Shown: one piece after another, positions 1 through 14,210 of the stretch
Layout: the number at the start of each line of letters is the position of its first letter
Numbering within the stretch: position 1 is the stretch's first letter
NCBI GenBank assembly: GCA_051294375.1
Contig: CM119269.1
Span: forward strand, 8,753,619 to 8,817,618
Length of the DNA stretch: 64,000 bases
Source: Paraspadella gotoi
Lineage: Eukaryota > Animalia > Chaetognatha
Direction of reading: 5' to 3'
Program-made: the position numbers and the translations under genes
The notes under the pieces: model-generated
Databases searched by the model: none
Seen by the model: only the letters and a program-made list of their open reading frames with translations
Told to the model about the DNA's origin: nothing

Positions 1-2798
1 AAAAATTACAATTAATACAAAAAGAAATTCAATTGATTGAACGATTTGCTTTTTTCTGTTTTTTTCAAATGATAGTAATTAAAATACAAGAAAATGCTAT
101 GTTGGTTTAATCATTCGGTTGGACGAAGTAATTAAGTTAATCATCTTTTTAGTTGTCCAAATACTATAAAGAAGAATGATGACACATTCATGACAATAAT
201 TAATGATGATCATGACTCGGACATGATTTACTAAGGTGACCGATTTCGTTTTTCTAATCTTAACAAATTTCTTTTCTTTTTCTTTTTCGTTAATCTAAGG
301 AAAAGAAATGAGAAAAAGAAGAATCGTTACAAATAATAAACATTGTAAGGCAAGGTTAATTACGATTCCTAATAGTTTGTTCGTTTTGTTTTTTTGTTTG
401 TTTAAACTAAGGATTCCATTTTCTCACAATTTTTCCATAGAAACGACCTTAAAATAACTATCACAGTTGGTTCTACTTTGTTGTTCTTATTGTAATTTCG
501 AGGAAGTTCGTTTTTTATTATGGCAAAGTTGATGGTTGTAAAGATATTACGACTAGCTCATAAGTTAGAACCATGTTGCTCTATAAACTATGATACAACG
601 TGTTTAAAGTGTCAAACAAAGCACAGATAAAAAAGAAACTGTTTAATAATACAGGAGAGTGAACGTACTTCTACTCTTACGATATGTTTTAACTGGTCTC
701 TGACCAAAAAAAATATTTTTTGCAACTTTCCTATAACCAATATTGCTAATTTTAGTGTTAAATACATCTCGGACGCTTCAAAGCACAAATTTTTCAGTCA
801 TGCGAGACCGGATTTTACTTTCGGTCCATCAACCAATAATGTTACAATCAAACTGGATAAAAATAGGGTGTTGGTTTATCTAAGAAAAAATAATGTTACT
901 GAAAGGGATTTCATTTTATCAAGCAAATACACAACATGTACTAATGGTTTTTAATATATAACTTAGTTGTAGAAAATCATTAGGTCGATTTATTTTTCTC
1001 GTCAAAGTATAATCAGTAAACCATTCCCTAACAATAAGAACTTTTAATCTACACTAAAATTACAATTAGCAAAGACTTTAGTACAGCGGAGAGATCTTTG
1101 TTTTGTTATGAATTTTTTATCTCGCATTTTGGCTTATACTATAATGATAACTATATTATAGGTCGAAAAAATAGCCAAGGTTTTGCATCGTATTTTTAAA
1201 ATTCCTGAGAATAAACGTATTGGAAAGTTGCATAGAAAATGTTTCGTAAGAAAATGAAAATAGTAAAACCGGGGCTATTTATTTTCTTACCAGAATATAT
1301 AACACTCGAGAAATATTGACAATGTTAAATCCGCTTAAGATATGATCTAATTCCTTGAAAAATACCAAGATAATACTCCTTCATAATAACGTTTGTACTG
1401 CTAATGTCCAACCCTAATACCTATAATATGACGTATGTAGAGAAATATACTCCGAGAAGACGCGACAGTTGACTGAACTGCATATTTTATCGAATATGAG
1501 TATCAGTAGATCAAGCTCTAAATATTAACCTGTACAGGATAGCTAATTGTTATAAAGTGATTTAATTAATAAAAAAAAAAGATAACATGATTTAGCTAGA
1601 TTGCCGCTAGTAACCAATGTTTTGAATAAATTATAATTATTAATATTAATATTATTAAAGAGACGCTCTGCTCTAGTAAACACAGAAATAAATCTTTTTT
1701 TTTTTCAAGGTAGATTTCTCATAACGTCACTTTTTTTAAAAATAAGAAAAAACTTTTTAAATACACCTGATTCCATTAACACGCCTACAACGCTGGAATT
1801 TAAAAAAAATATGAAAAAGATGGCTATTAACAGAGTATTCGCCATAAAAAGCCAAGTTTTTTGTCGGCGCAAAAAACGGACATGCAGTAGTAAACTAGTG
1901 GTGAAACTAGCACAAAGTATTAAATGGATAACGGTGATTTGCTGTAGGAAAAAAGCAGCCAAAAATTCATTGACAGTTACAACAACGGAAAGATTTTATT
2001 TCAATCGGTGAAATAATCGTAACTCAAATGGGTGATGCTTTTTTTTTTTAATTTAAATTTTTTTTTGAATGTTTTGCTTTGTGAAACCATTTTAGTTAAC
2101 ATGAATGAAAAGAGAAACTAAAAGAGAATTAAATAGTGAAGAGATCTAATACAAAAAAAAGTAGTCCCGAAAGATATTGCGTCACACATATTGCGATAAT
2201 GCTACATTTTTTAAGAAAACTTGTCTATCATAAACCATTATCGACGACTCTTGGTCTTTTTGACTACAAGACTGACCCGTGGCATGCAATAATGACTATG
2301 ATACGGGATAATAAATTAGTATTATTCTCCTGAAACCTTAATTCGAAGCAACATCTCAAGGTACAACGACGACACACACAAGGGGGAAAAATAGGGTAAG
2401 GGGACAGAGCAAGAAGAGGAGGGGGAATAATTCGAAATATTTTCGATTAAAGCTGAAAAATACAAGGAGCGAAAGAAAAGTGGGGAAAAGGGGAAGTTTC
2501 TAGAAAGAATGGCGTTTTTCACACACAAAAGCCTTGAAACGCTCGTTTTTTCTCAATTTTATATATATGTACGGTAACTAACTTGGACTTTCTCTCATTC
2601 TTTTTTTTTTTTTTTTGAGCTTGAGATCGTGTACCGAAACGCGGGAGGCGGGGGGGAGAGAGGGGAGGGGAAGAGAGAGAATCGCGCGAACGACATTGGC
2701 GCCGACGTCGTTGACGCGGGTCAATTGGACGATGGCGTTGGCGTTGGACGATGGATATTGGCGCGGGCCGTGGCGTTGACCTTCTGACCCCGCGTCTC

Positions 2799-3282
2799 TC
2801 AGTAACAGTGTCCGTTGAGAACGGCGCCGGTGGCGTTGGGGGAGCAATTCGGCGAAGGATTGGCCGAAGACGACGCCGACGAATAAGCAGACGGACCCGA
2901 GAAACCTGGCGGCCAATAAAAGAGATTAACGGCCGGTTTCTATTCGGTCGGATCATCACATTCCTAACCTGGCGATTTTTTCGGGGGCGTGTTGGCGGGC
3001 GAGGGCGAGAGACCGCCGGCGGCAGAAGTATAGCTGCTGCTGCTGCTGGGCGGCAGAGTGAGGAGGGAGGAGGCCGAGACTGAGCTGGCCACCATCTGCG
3101 GCTGCTGCAGCGGCGGCCCCGTCCACTGGCGACGCGCGTAATGAACGAAGCCCCTCGAGTTGCCCTCGGGCCCTTTGGGGGGGCGCAGCACGACGAGGCG
3201 GAAGCCGCGCTCGTCTTCGTTGACCGACAAAGATTTAAGACGGGAGAGGCGAAGATGCTCTAAGGGGATGGGGATTCAAAGA

Positions 3283-3323
<41 letters not shown>

Positions 3324-6300
3324 GTTCACCAGGGAATAATGAAAGAAAGCTAGAAATTCAAAAACAAACCTGGTCGCTGTGATTCGCTCAGCTTTCGAAC
3401 CGAAGTGGCGCTGAATTTGCGACTCCGAAGATTTTGAAGGATGACGAATTCCACCTCGTCGCCTGATAAGAGAAAGAGAGAAAGAGAGAAAGAAAGAAAG
3501 AAAGAGAGAAAGGGAGAAAGAGAAAGAGAGAAAGAGAGAAAGAGAGAGAGAAATAAACGGAGAAAAGAAAATGGAATAACGCATTGACTTGTGACAAGCA
3601 TGGGCAACAAAGTTATTAAGCTCTCGCTCTCTCTCTCTCACCCGGCTCCACGGTGGCGTTGCCTTCAACTTCGGACATGTGGAAGAAGAGCTTCTTGCTC
3701 TCGTCCGTCTCGTAGCCGATGAACCCGTACTGGCCTTTGATGGAATCCACGCGCGCGCGGACGAAGTTCTTGCTCGACGAGATCGTGACGGCGCGCTTTC
3801 GATTCGTCAACATGCACGTGCCGACCTGAAACTTGACGGCGTCCCCGGCTTGGAGGTAGTCCCGCTTGTCGACCAGACTCGTCACGCCGAACGGGTAAGT
3901 TTCGCCTTCATAGGGAAAAAATGAATAATTTAAATGAATAATAAATAAATAATTTAAATAGTTCAAAGAATCCAAGGATTTTGATCTCAATCGAGTCTCT
4001 TTCTCTCCACGCCCGTCTGCCTCACCGGTGGGGTCTCCCTCCGGGGTGGCGATCTCGACGATTCCATGATACTCGTCTTGATCAGGGTTGACGCACCTCA
4101 TGGGGCGCACCACGCGCCCGTCGAACCAGCCGGGGTGCACCTGTGAAGATTTAAAGGAGCGAGACGTTAGAGTTGAGTTTTATTTGAAAAGATTTACGAA
4201 TTGTTTAGGTTTAAAAAAAAGATTAAAAAATAAATGAAAACCTCGATTCCGGGGATAGAGCCGTTGGAAATCTTGCGAACGGCCTCAGCCGAGGTCTTCC
4301 CGGATTTTTTTACCAAAGTGTATTCGACCTGTAATCAAGAACGGAAATTCAAGTGTAAGAGATGATTATTTAATATGATCTTAAATGAGATTGAATCTCT
4401 CAATCACATTTACATATTGCAAACAAGCGTGTATTCTTAGCCCGTCTTTTATTTTTTTTTAGTTTTATGATTTCCTGAAGGTGGCGCTAACAGTCACTTA
4501 GATTTTAGTTTTTTTCCTGTATTAACAACCGGCTATAAGCGAGTATTTTTAACGTAAGTTGGACTGATCGACGGAAAGACAGACATACCGACCGACAGTG
4601 ATTTTATTCCTTGCCGTACCTCGTCGCCGAGCTCCAAATCGCTGGGTTCTCCGTCAAACATTGTAAAGTGGAAAAAGACTTCCTTTTCATGCTCCGCCGT
4701 CTCGATAAACCCAAAGGTCTCCTTCAGTGTAGCGATGAATCCCTGGGGTGTGGGGGGAAATAATGGAAATGTCAGGTAGGGGAATCAATTGAAAATTGGA
4801 AGTGGTATGAACTACTTGAAGGCGAGGAGGCTGAGCAGAACCGCTGGAGGAACTCGCGAGTGAAGTTGATGAGGATCGCGAGTAGGAGACGTTGGTCGCT
4901 GGAAAAAGGTGAGGCTGATTTTTACGAACTTAGCATGGTAATACTTTCTTTCAAATTTAGGAATTAAAATGTTCAAATAATTTAAATCAAATTTTAATTT
5001 TCTAATATCCAAAATCGTCCTCACTCGGCGGATGGGAGTTTCCGTTGGTGAGCCTCTCCAAAGAGGGTGCGGCGACGACATTGGCCGGCGTCGCGATCGG
5101 AGGCGAATAAGCGCGCGTCAGCGGCGTCGAGGGATTCGGCGGGGACGCCCGGGTGGGCGGCGACGCCAGCGTCGCTCCGCCGTAAAAGGCGGACATGGGT
5201 GTCGGCGTCGTCGGTAGCACAGTCACGTGGCTCGGTTGCGCCGGTTGTTGCTGCTGATGTACGTTATGTTGCGGCGGTTGTTGCTGCTGATGTACGTTAT
5301 GTTGCGGCTGAATCTGTTGCGCCGTCGGTACGGGGGCAGGGGCCAGGGCGGTGCTGAGGCCCATCGCTGTGTTGGGATTTTGACCTTGAGGCAGGGCGGC
5401 CTAGAGTTGGGGGCGGAAAATACAGTTTGGTCTCCTCGTTTCGTCTAATGAAGGAGATTAGAAACAGTGACAATAAAAAGAAGACTCACCGACGCGGGTC
5501 TAACGTTGATGGCCATACGCGTCGGCGGAGAAGTCTTGCGGCTTTCCTGAATCTGGAAGGCGACGTGTTCTCCTGTCGAGAAGGAAAGCGAAGCAAAGGT
5601 AAAAGAGGAAAAGTTATGAAGGAGAGTGAAAGAGTTTGATGAACACTTTTCTGACAGAGGAGGCACCTGTTTTTGGAGGAGGGTAACGCTGATCTATGTC
5701 TTTGACATAATACGACAGCGTGATGAATTCCTTGGTCGTCGGTGGGCTGAAAATGAATGTTGAAGATTTGAAAATTAATTAATATTTAATATTTAAAACA
5801 AATAATTAAGATGGGATAATTTTTTAAAATGTATCCCATGCATCAATTATTCTGTTTTAAACCTACTTGTAGATGATAACCCCCTCGGCATGATGGATGG
5901 CGACGTCGCCCTCGGCGGATTCGGGCCTGAACCCCGTCGTGGCTTCCTTGGAGACCTGGCCGAGGAATTCCCCGTCGAGGACGCTCTCGGTGCAGAGCGT
6001 CCCTTGGGGATAGAGGTGGATGCGGATGGCGATCAGCCGGTCGTCGCTGGTCGGATCCTGGAGGGGAAGGATAAATGGAAAAAAAAATCGAGCATTTAAA
6101 ATTGAAATAACAATTAAAATTATTCAAACAAGGGTTTGAATAAGCAAGCCGTTCCCGAGTTAACCCTTCGACAGTTTTTCCATCCCGTCCACCTTCCTCA
6201 ATTACCTCCGCCTTTACCCCATTTTCCCCCCGGGGTCACGACGAACCTGAACGACGGAGAAAACGACTTCATCGTTGAGATGAATCTCCGACGTTTCATC

Positions 6301-9300
6301 CAGGATTTCGCTGAAGTGGAAAAACATTCTTGCCTCTCGATCCCAACACTTGATGAAACCATACCCATCCTGTAAAGAAAGGGGTGGGGGATTTTTCGGC
6401 TCTTATCTATGCCGTCCCCGACTAAACTGGAGCCGGAGACTCGAGCTCACCTTGAGAGCGGCGATGGCGCCGCGCTCTCTTTTCTCTCCGGAAATGGCGA
6501 AGCTCTCGTCCAGAAGAGAAATGTTAGTGGCTCGACGGAGCTGGTCGCGTCGATCGGTTGCCACTTGAAATTCCACCAAATCGTTTTCCTGAGGTGTGGA
6601 GATACGACATCCGCTTCAACTCTATTTAAACTCTAATAGAATCCTTTTGACTTTGACCACGACGATCAGGTTTTGATCACTCACCTGTAGGGTAAACTCG
6701 CCCCGTTGGTCCTTGTCCCCGTAGGGAAGTTCGACGGCCTCGTGATGATTGCTGAGCTGGTAAGTGACGAGGCGGCCTGGGAGGGGGTCGCTCTGCTTGC
6801 GCAAGGACAGGCGCGTCAAGGGTCGAGTGACTCGCCCGCGCAGTCGATGCGGCTCCACGTCCTCGAAGACCACCGTTCCCTGGTGCAGCTTTACGATCCC
6901 CACTGCGACTTCTTTGCCCTGGTGGTTGGAAGACATGATTACATACAGGCCAATCGAAGTAATTAAAGAAAAAAAGGCGTGATGCGAAGGGGGTGAAAAT
7001 AAAAATGTTATATTGTAATTATCGTAAATCTTTTGAGAAACACTTCGCTCAAGATTCCGGCCAATGTCATTAGTTTCATCCAATATCAAATTGGCAAGAT
7101 TAGAGAATCTCTCCGTCGTAATTGTCCCTGAGTTAAACCAATTAGTACTTCCATTATTTATTTATTTATTTATTCTTAACGATCGTTTTTTGGCATGACC
7201 GCATTGATTAAATTAATCCTGAACAAGCACTACACTCCCGCTAAACCCGAAGAAAATCACAAATTCAGTCGCGGAATAGAAGAAGAAAAAAAAAGACTCA
7301 CGTTTCGTTCAGCGACGTTGAATTCGACGTCATCTCCGAGCTGCAGGTCGGTCACGTTTCCCTGTTGATACTCGGAATAGTGAAAGAAAATCTCCTTGAC
7401 GACGTCGGCGCGTTCGATGAACCCGAAGGAGTCCTTCATCGAGCAGACGACGCCCATCACGCGGGGACCCACCACCGCCCCCGCCAGAGAGGCCGAGGCG
7501 AGGCTCCCGGCCAGACCCGCAAAGGCTGGAGGGTGAAATGGGATTAAGGATGATATCGATTACAAATATGTTAATCAATAATCTTCAAAATTGCCTTCAT
7601 CTTACTTTTTTCATCGACAAAAAATTGATTTTGTTTCGGTTGGAGAAGTTCGGAGAGAGTGTGGTGACTCAAGATGTCGTAAGGGTTGACGCCAGAGGAG
7701 GAGACGGACGTTGCGGTAGCGGCAGCCACAGCAGCTAAATGAGATTATTTAGATTTATTAATCAATTTAGAAAATTCGTTGTCGATCTACGACCAATTGC
7801 AGTGAGAGAAACTTCCCGTGTCGGAAAAAAACTATTACAAAAACTCATTCTATACGTAATCAAATAATTTCGGAGACGTCAGAAATCAATAATAATTACC
7901 CTTTGATTTTCACCTAAGTTAATCAACAATCGTAAATAGTTTATATCGTATTATAAACGATTACGCTGATTCTTGATTAAGCAAAATAAAATTTACTTTT
8001 AACCTGAAAGAGCCGGATCGAAACCTAGAAAAAAAAACAATACGTGCGCTGAGTGATAGTTTAAAAAAAATGTCGGTCGACATAACGTGCTTCTGTTTTT
8101 ATATCCAAATCACTTTCTTCCCGAAAGCCAAAATAAAAAGAGGTTAATTCTCCTTCGAAAGCCGAAAACCGCGGCAGAAAATTAAGAGTCGACTCCCTCG
8201 CTTATTGATGGGTCCGGCCCATCTCGTTCTACCTGCCGCTGCGGCCATGCCGCTGCCGCAGCCCCCGATCCCGGAATTGGTGAGGCCGAGAGAAGCGGCG
8301 ACGGCGACGGGATTGCCGTTGGGGGCGGCCACGACGCCGCCACCCGGATTGAACGAGGCAGCAACGGGATTCCCGGCCGGGGCCACCGGCCCCAACCCTC
8401 CGACGGCCGCCGGTGCGAAGGCCGAAGAGTTGGGCGACAACTCATGGATTTGTTGCGCCAAATGGCTCAGGTGGGAATTGAACATTGAAGATGCAGAGGT
8501 CGAGGATAGAATCTCGGATCCTTTGGGTTTTGTATTTTGTGTCCGTAAGATGAAGTGGTTTTATAGAAGCAGCAATGAAAATAAAAGAATGAAAGGAAAA
8601 AAAGTCCAAGAGAAAAAGGATAATGAAGGGATTTGCCGTATCGACGAAGAAATATTCCTTTTCTCTCGTACCGGATAATGAAAATAGCTCCGACATGACA
8701 TCCTCAACCCTCGAGTTCCTAATCCACAACCCGCACATGGCCTCACCGCTCGATGTTGGCGTGAAGAAGGGAGAGTGGCCGTTCGAGTTGACGATTGGCG
8801 GAGCCGACAAAGGCTGCAACGCCCCCGCGTTCGTTTGCGTGTACTGACTTCCGTTGTGACCGTTGAGCAACGACGCCGCCGACGAATGGACGGCGCCCAT
8901 TTGAATCGGCGCCAAGTGGGCCACCGGACCGTTTTGGGCCGGCGCCGGAAGTCCTTGCGGTTGCTGACCGGGAAAGATTAAGAGAATTCGTAAAAAGTGA
9001 ATAACTACGTAATAACTTTCTTGTGATTACCTGATTCAAGCCTATCTGAGCGGCGCCAGCGACGGGGATTTGATTGGTCCCTATCGGCCCCGCGTTGGCC
9101 ACGACGCCGCCGTTCCCCGCCACTACCACGACGCCACCCTGGGTTCCGACCGCCATGCCGCCCACTCCCGGCGGGGCAGCCTCCACGGGCCCTGCAATGG
9201 CGCCATGGGGCACTCCATTTAAGCACTGCACTTGTCGGGCCCGCATCGCGCCGGTTCTGCGATTATGTAAAGGAAAGAGAATATTTTACTAAATATCCCT

Positions 9301-11269
9301 TTGTGACATATTTCAATTCTTTTGTTAACTTGCTAATAATAACTCCCAACCTTTTGTCCGTGGCGATGTAAAAGGAGACTTGGTCTCCAATTTTCAATTT
9401 GATGTTGGGCCCCTCCAGCAGGTCGTCCACGGAGTAGGGGATGAAGAAGCACTCCCCGTTCCGCTCGTAGGAGACACGCCCGAGGTCCGAGGGGTGGACC
9501 GTCCCGTTGGGCTTGTCCACTTTGGCTTCAGTGGCCACGATGCCCGTCACTTTTTCCTCGCTCAACATTTCCGTCGGGATGGCCCCTCGCGGAAGCCTAA
9601 TCACCTGAAGGGGTCACAGAAAGGGCAAATATGAGAATAACTCGGAAATGAGTTTGATATCGTTTCTATAATTAAATACGGATAAGTTTCAGCGAGTTGA
9701 GGACATAGGAAAGAAGTAAACTTGTTTAAAAACAAATATTTTATTCGAATTCACGATTCCAAAGCAATTATGACAACTAACTTGAATAGCGATAGGCTTC
9801 CCAGTTCGGCGATCCACGGACATTTCAAACTCGACCGGTTCTGAAGTAGTAGATGGGGGATATATGAAATTGGTACAACATACAATATATAACAATTCAA
9901 TAACAATATAAAATCTTAATTAATAGGAGTCAAGTTCCCACCTCCAATTTTTAATGTTTCCACCGGACCAGATTTGTACTCGCTGAAGTGAAAGAACAGA
10001 CGGGCTTGCCGATCGGCACACTGTATGAAGCCGTAGGAATGCTGCGAGGGATAAGGTTTAAGATGGGTCAGTTTGAAATTGCTTGCACGGTATATTTTTA
10101 TTTTTATTTTGAGGCGACTTACCACCGGTCTCTCTCTCTAAACCCTTCCTCTCTCCTCTTTCTTCGAGCCGGTCTATTCCACACGGTCACTTTGCCCTAG
10201 CTTTGGCAATGACCTTAGATTGACCGGACACAGTAATAGGGCCGAGGCGACCGTAAGGTCAAGTTGGTCCGGGCGATGATAAAAGTGGATCAGGAGAGAG
10301 CTAGTCCCACTTCTTTTCTACTTCTCTTTCATCGTCACAATTCTTCACCTTCTCCTCACTTTTATTATTATTACTTTCGTCTTCTACATTGGTGAGCCCG
10401 ACTTCAGAACACATCAGCAACAACAACACTTTCAGGCGACATGCCTCAACCTGGCGATGCACTTTCCGCCCACAACATATCAGGCGACATGCCTCAACTT
10501 GGTGACGAACTTTCCACCAACAACAACAATTCACTGAAGAGATGCAACAGACTTCTCCCTACGGGAGGGGGGGGATGTATAGTGGACTAAAATCCGCCAA
10601 CCATTCATCAGCGGCCATTGGTGCCGGAGGCAAGTCATTTGCCTCCCAACCCAAAGGTCCGGGTTTCTAGCAGTCGTCTGGCAGTTAAGAGGGACGGGGC
10701 GCTTAACCCGCCTGTAACATGGTGTTACAGCCTGATCCGAAGCTCAGGGACTGCTTATATAGAACGGTTCTGTCACTAACACATAACAATTATCATTTTT
10801 TTGATATATTTCGATCAATAAACTATTTTTTCGGCATAACAGTGAAAGCAGAATGGGAAAATAAAAAGCAGAGAAAATAATAGTTCTCTTCACTATAGGT
10901 GAGATCCTTCAATGAGATCTGGGCACCTTACCTTAAGTTATATTATATAGTTCAAACTTGGCGGCGAATTGGCCTTGGTTAAGAACAACAGTAAATGAAA
11001 TTTGCCTACCAGCAACTTTTCCAGGAACCCAGTTTCTCTGACGCCGTATGCAGGAGGTTGTTGTTGCCCGTAGGCGGCGGCGGCCACTACCGCCGCCGCC
11101 GCCGCCGCTGACGTCGTCGTGGCGCTAAAGCTTTTCGAGCGTAAAAGGTTTGGACCAGCAGCGGAAGGCTGAATAATGGAAATGGAGGGTCAGTTAATTC
11201 CCTTACGAAGTGGATCAATTTAGGTTTGATTACTCAGTGAGTACTCACATTCCACTGAGGGCTGGCCAT
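2799..11269 (-). CDS. CSDE1: Cold shock domain-containing protein E1 (Unr), multi-exon (about 20 exons)
   Basis: First exons read MASPQWN (11269-11249) then ...[10 protein letters not shown] (11168-11010) and [22 protein letters not shown]. Repeated cold-shock RNP1/RNP2 motifs follow ([61 protein letters not shown]), then the C-terminal SUZ-C-like motif [22 protein letters not shown] junctions are in phase where checked. The stop is at 2799 if the last intron is spliced, or 2964 if not. Confidence 0.95.
10379..10790 (+). mobile_element. Miniature non-autonomous LTR element (TRIM) with tRNA-like sequence in the LTR, partial copy in a CSDE1 intron
   Basis: ...CA (10388), then PBS TGGTGAGCCCGAC (10390-10402), a short internal region with a partial duplication, polypurine tract GGGAGGGGGGGGA (10563-10575), and an LTR starting TG at 10576 with A-box/B-box tRNA-Gly-like sequence (TTGCCTCCCAA). 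Clearly homologous to the copy at 24988-25440. Confidence 0.8.
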
Positions 11270-12534
11270 GATGAAATTTCGCGGTTAGAGAGAGAAAGAA
11301 TGAAGAAAGCCAAATGATAAAAGGATTATAGTATTTTACGAGGAGAGGAATTTGTTAAAGCGTAGGGCAGTAACAATGAAGGACATGGACAGAGCTACGA
11401 TAGAGAAGGATCACTTGTTGACTTTTTTGCTTGAAGTTTTTTGTTGTTTTCTGTTTTCAATTGTTTTTGTTTGTTTGTTTTTTGTTTATTAGCCTTAATT
11501 GATTGCAAGGAAAAATGATGTTTCGGGTGAACAACTGGAGACTGCGTTTGACTCTTTTATTTTGTTTGTTGTTTTTATCGTTGAGATGCCTTTCCAGTTA
11601 TGCGGTTTTTGAGTCTCGCGACTGTGAGGGGCAAAAGGAATAAAAATAAAAAACGCAATTAATTTAAAGTACTTATTAATAATAATAAATTTATTATTAA
11701 TTCTGTATACCAATCACCTCTTCCGAGGGAAGCGCAGCCCCCTCCCGGCTAGTTGGAGATAATGTTGGGCGTCCCCAGTAGTGGCGAATACTGTGCTTTT
11801 TCGAGGCTTACGTACGCGAACGGGAATACAGTTCCTTTTTTTAAACTTTTTTTTATTTAATTAAAGCGAGGGTAAGTTGAAAAAGTAATCTAATCTACAA
11901 AAGCTTGTTTTGGTTGGACTTGAAGAAAAGAACGGAGAGAGAAGACGGGTTGAGCTTTGAGTTGGTAGACCATTAGTTTGGTTGCAAGTTTGGTTTTCTT
12001 GTTTCGCTTTTTTTTTTTTTAAACTTTCACTTGATCAAAAGTCACAGACAAGACAGAAACGAAGAAGGTTTTGTTTTAGTTTAGACTCAAAAAGGTTTCG
12101 ATTGAGTTCTTTTTCTTCAGAGATGATGTCACTGGAATGGGGAGAGTTGGGTGAAGGGGATGGATGGAGGGGGCAGGGGATGGATGGGAGATGAGGGATC
12201 GATAGGGAAGGGACAAATACCGAGAGATTGGGTCAGAAGGGGGAGAAAAAGAAAAAAAATATTATTAATCAATTGATTTTCATACCAAAACTCGCATTCA
12301 TTCCCATAACATTACTAATCCTACCAAAAATACCCAATTATTTCAGAGCAAAATGGCGTTCCTTTGTTCGCCTCCTGCAATCCAATAGGTTAACTTTTTT
12401 CCATTCACCCCGACACAGAACACACTTTCCTCGGCTCGACCGATGGCGGACCGACAAAAAGTAGGGAAAAATCCCTCCGCGTCGGGTCGCCGTCGGCCGA
12501 CAAAGGTCACAAATAGTTTGATAAAGGAACTTAC

Positions 12535-12654
12535 CCCGTCGCAGCACAGCTCTACCACCAAGCCGCCATGAATGTTGTAAGGATCTTCAACTCTGCATCG
12601 AACCTCAACGATTTTCTCCCCTCGTCGGAAAGACTCGACTCCGCGCTGGCAACT
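12535..12654 (-). other. Probable 5' UTR exon of CSDE1
   Basis: GC-rich block bounded by TTTTTCAG acceptor and GTAAGT donor on the minus strand, upstream of the CSDE1 ATG exon; no convincing ORF. Confidence 0.45.
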
Positions 12655-13090
12655 CTGAAAAACACCCGCCCTAATTAAGTAATCGACGATTAGGACTTTT
12701 TAAGCCAAGATATTAATTCACATCGACGATGGTAATTGTCTATTAACGTTTCTAGCTTATGCATCGAAAACTCGATTCTCGGTCAAAGTTAAACCAAAGA
12801 GGAAAACAATAAAAGAGCAACAAAAATTTTTGCCGAGTGCATTGAAACAGAGACAGTTCTACTTAGTAGTAATGATGAAAAATAAATATATACATTCAGT
12901 AGATTTAGTTAATGATCACACAGAGTAATTAAGTAGCAATAGCAATAGTAGTATTCTCGAAAAAAAAACGAGAGAATTGTTTAACTGTGAAGTTTGCAAC
13001 CGTGTCAACAATGTTATCAAAATTGATCTGGTGAACTTTGAACCAGCAAAGATATACAAAAATTTCTATTTTAAATCTTTATGGGTAAAA

Positions 13091-13631
13091 ATGGAGAGCG
13101 AAAACTTAAGTACAAATCATGAAACTAATACTATATTAAAACTAAAGGAACTTTTGGATGACATCATCTCTCGTACATCACTTGAACTTAATACTGTGGA
13201 GAAACTGGTAAATAACGATAATTCAAAGACTTAGATTAATTTAAACTAAATTTCATCTGGATTTTTGGGTAGTATGTAACTTCAATTTTCGTAGGAATCG
13301 AATATTTGTCCGCGATTAATCAAAGAAGATGATGATAACTATCTATTTTATCCAAGTGAGAAATACAACTTAAATATTGACTACTTCTGATACTTTAGCA
13401 AGTGTTATACTTATAGCAAAACTTATTTAATTTCCAGGTTCATATGCGGAAATAGCTTTCAAAAATTTTACACAAGAAAAAACCGAACAAGTCGAAGAAA
13501 AAAAACAACAACAACAACAAACAGAAGAAGTAAACTTGGAGGCCGTGATGGAAATCGTGATGGAATTGAATAAAAGCATTGAAAAATTACATCTAATGAG
13601 CAACAAGATAACTCATAACTTGAAAGACTAA
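13091..13631 (+). CDS. Hypothetical coiled-coil protein, about 123 aa, 3 exons (13091-13207, 13295-13355, 13438-13631)
   Basis: AAAAATG start and two short GT-AG introns with matching phases give MESENLSTNHETNTILKLKELLDDIISRTSLELNTVEKL-ESNICPRLIKEDDDNYLFYPS-SYAEIAF...LNKSIEKLHLMSNKITHNLKD*; AATAAA about 27 nt after the stop; no family recognised. Confidence 0.6.
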
Positions 13632-14210
13632 CTCAATTATGAATCATAAAAGAAATCAATAAAAATATTCATTAAATATATAGAACTGGATATCAAGCGA
13701 TGGAAAAAAAATATTGCATACATCACACATCACATAAATAATAAACTACTAGTAAAAGTTTGAAAAAATCGTTTAAATAGAGGCACATGATTAAAATTTG
13801 AAAGTATGAAACAGTATCCATCCTTATGGTATACTAGTAGTATGTAACTGAAGAACAATCACAGTTTGTACAATGTACAATTGTACATGAAAGAGTATTA
13901 CGAATTGGATCGAATTCAACAAACTTGTCAATAAATAATGTTTACATGAATCAAAATATATAAGGCAATACAAAAATGTTTAAATGACTCGAAATATATA
14001 ACTATAAGGCAATACAAAAATAGGACGATAATCTCATTTTAAATTTAGTGTACTATGAAAGAACTTTTATAATTAGTAGAGTAGTTCTAAAATACATAAA
14101 AATACTTATAAGGATTTTGTTTTGAGCAACAGAATATTAATTATAAATAATCTCTTAAAAAAACAAAAAAAAAATAGCCAAGAGACGATCAAGATTTTTT
14201 TTCGCGAGCG

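Noticed and set aside
1-2500. Short ORFs and an Sm-site-like AATTTTTC plus hairpin near 788-826
   Set aside because: AT-rich 3' flank of CSDE1; no recognisable protein or snRNA motifs.
10533-10610. CTGAAGA (10536) and CTGATGA (minus strand 10606; 25406) as hammerhead cores in the tRNA-LTR element
   Set aside because: No stem II-GAAA-stem III-NUH arrangement follows; HDV, twister and pistol patterns were also not convincingly present.
10610-10675. Functional tRNA genes at 10610, 25340-25405 and 41862
   Set aside because: Acceptor and anticodon stems do not pair properly and there is no oligo-T terminator; they are embedded in LTR-like repeats.
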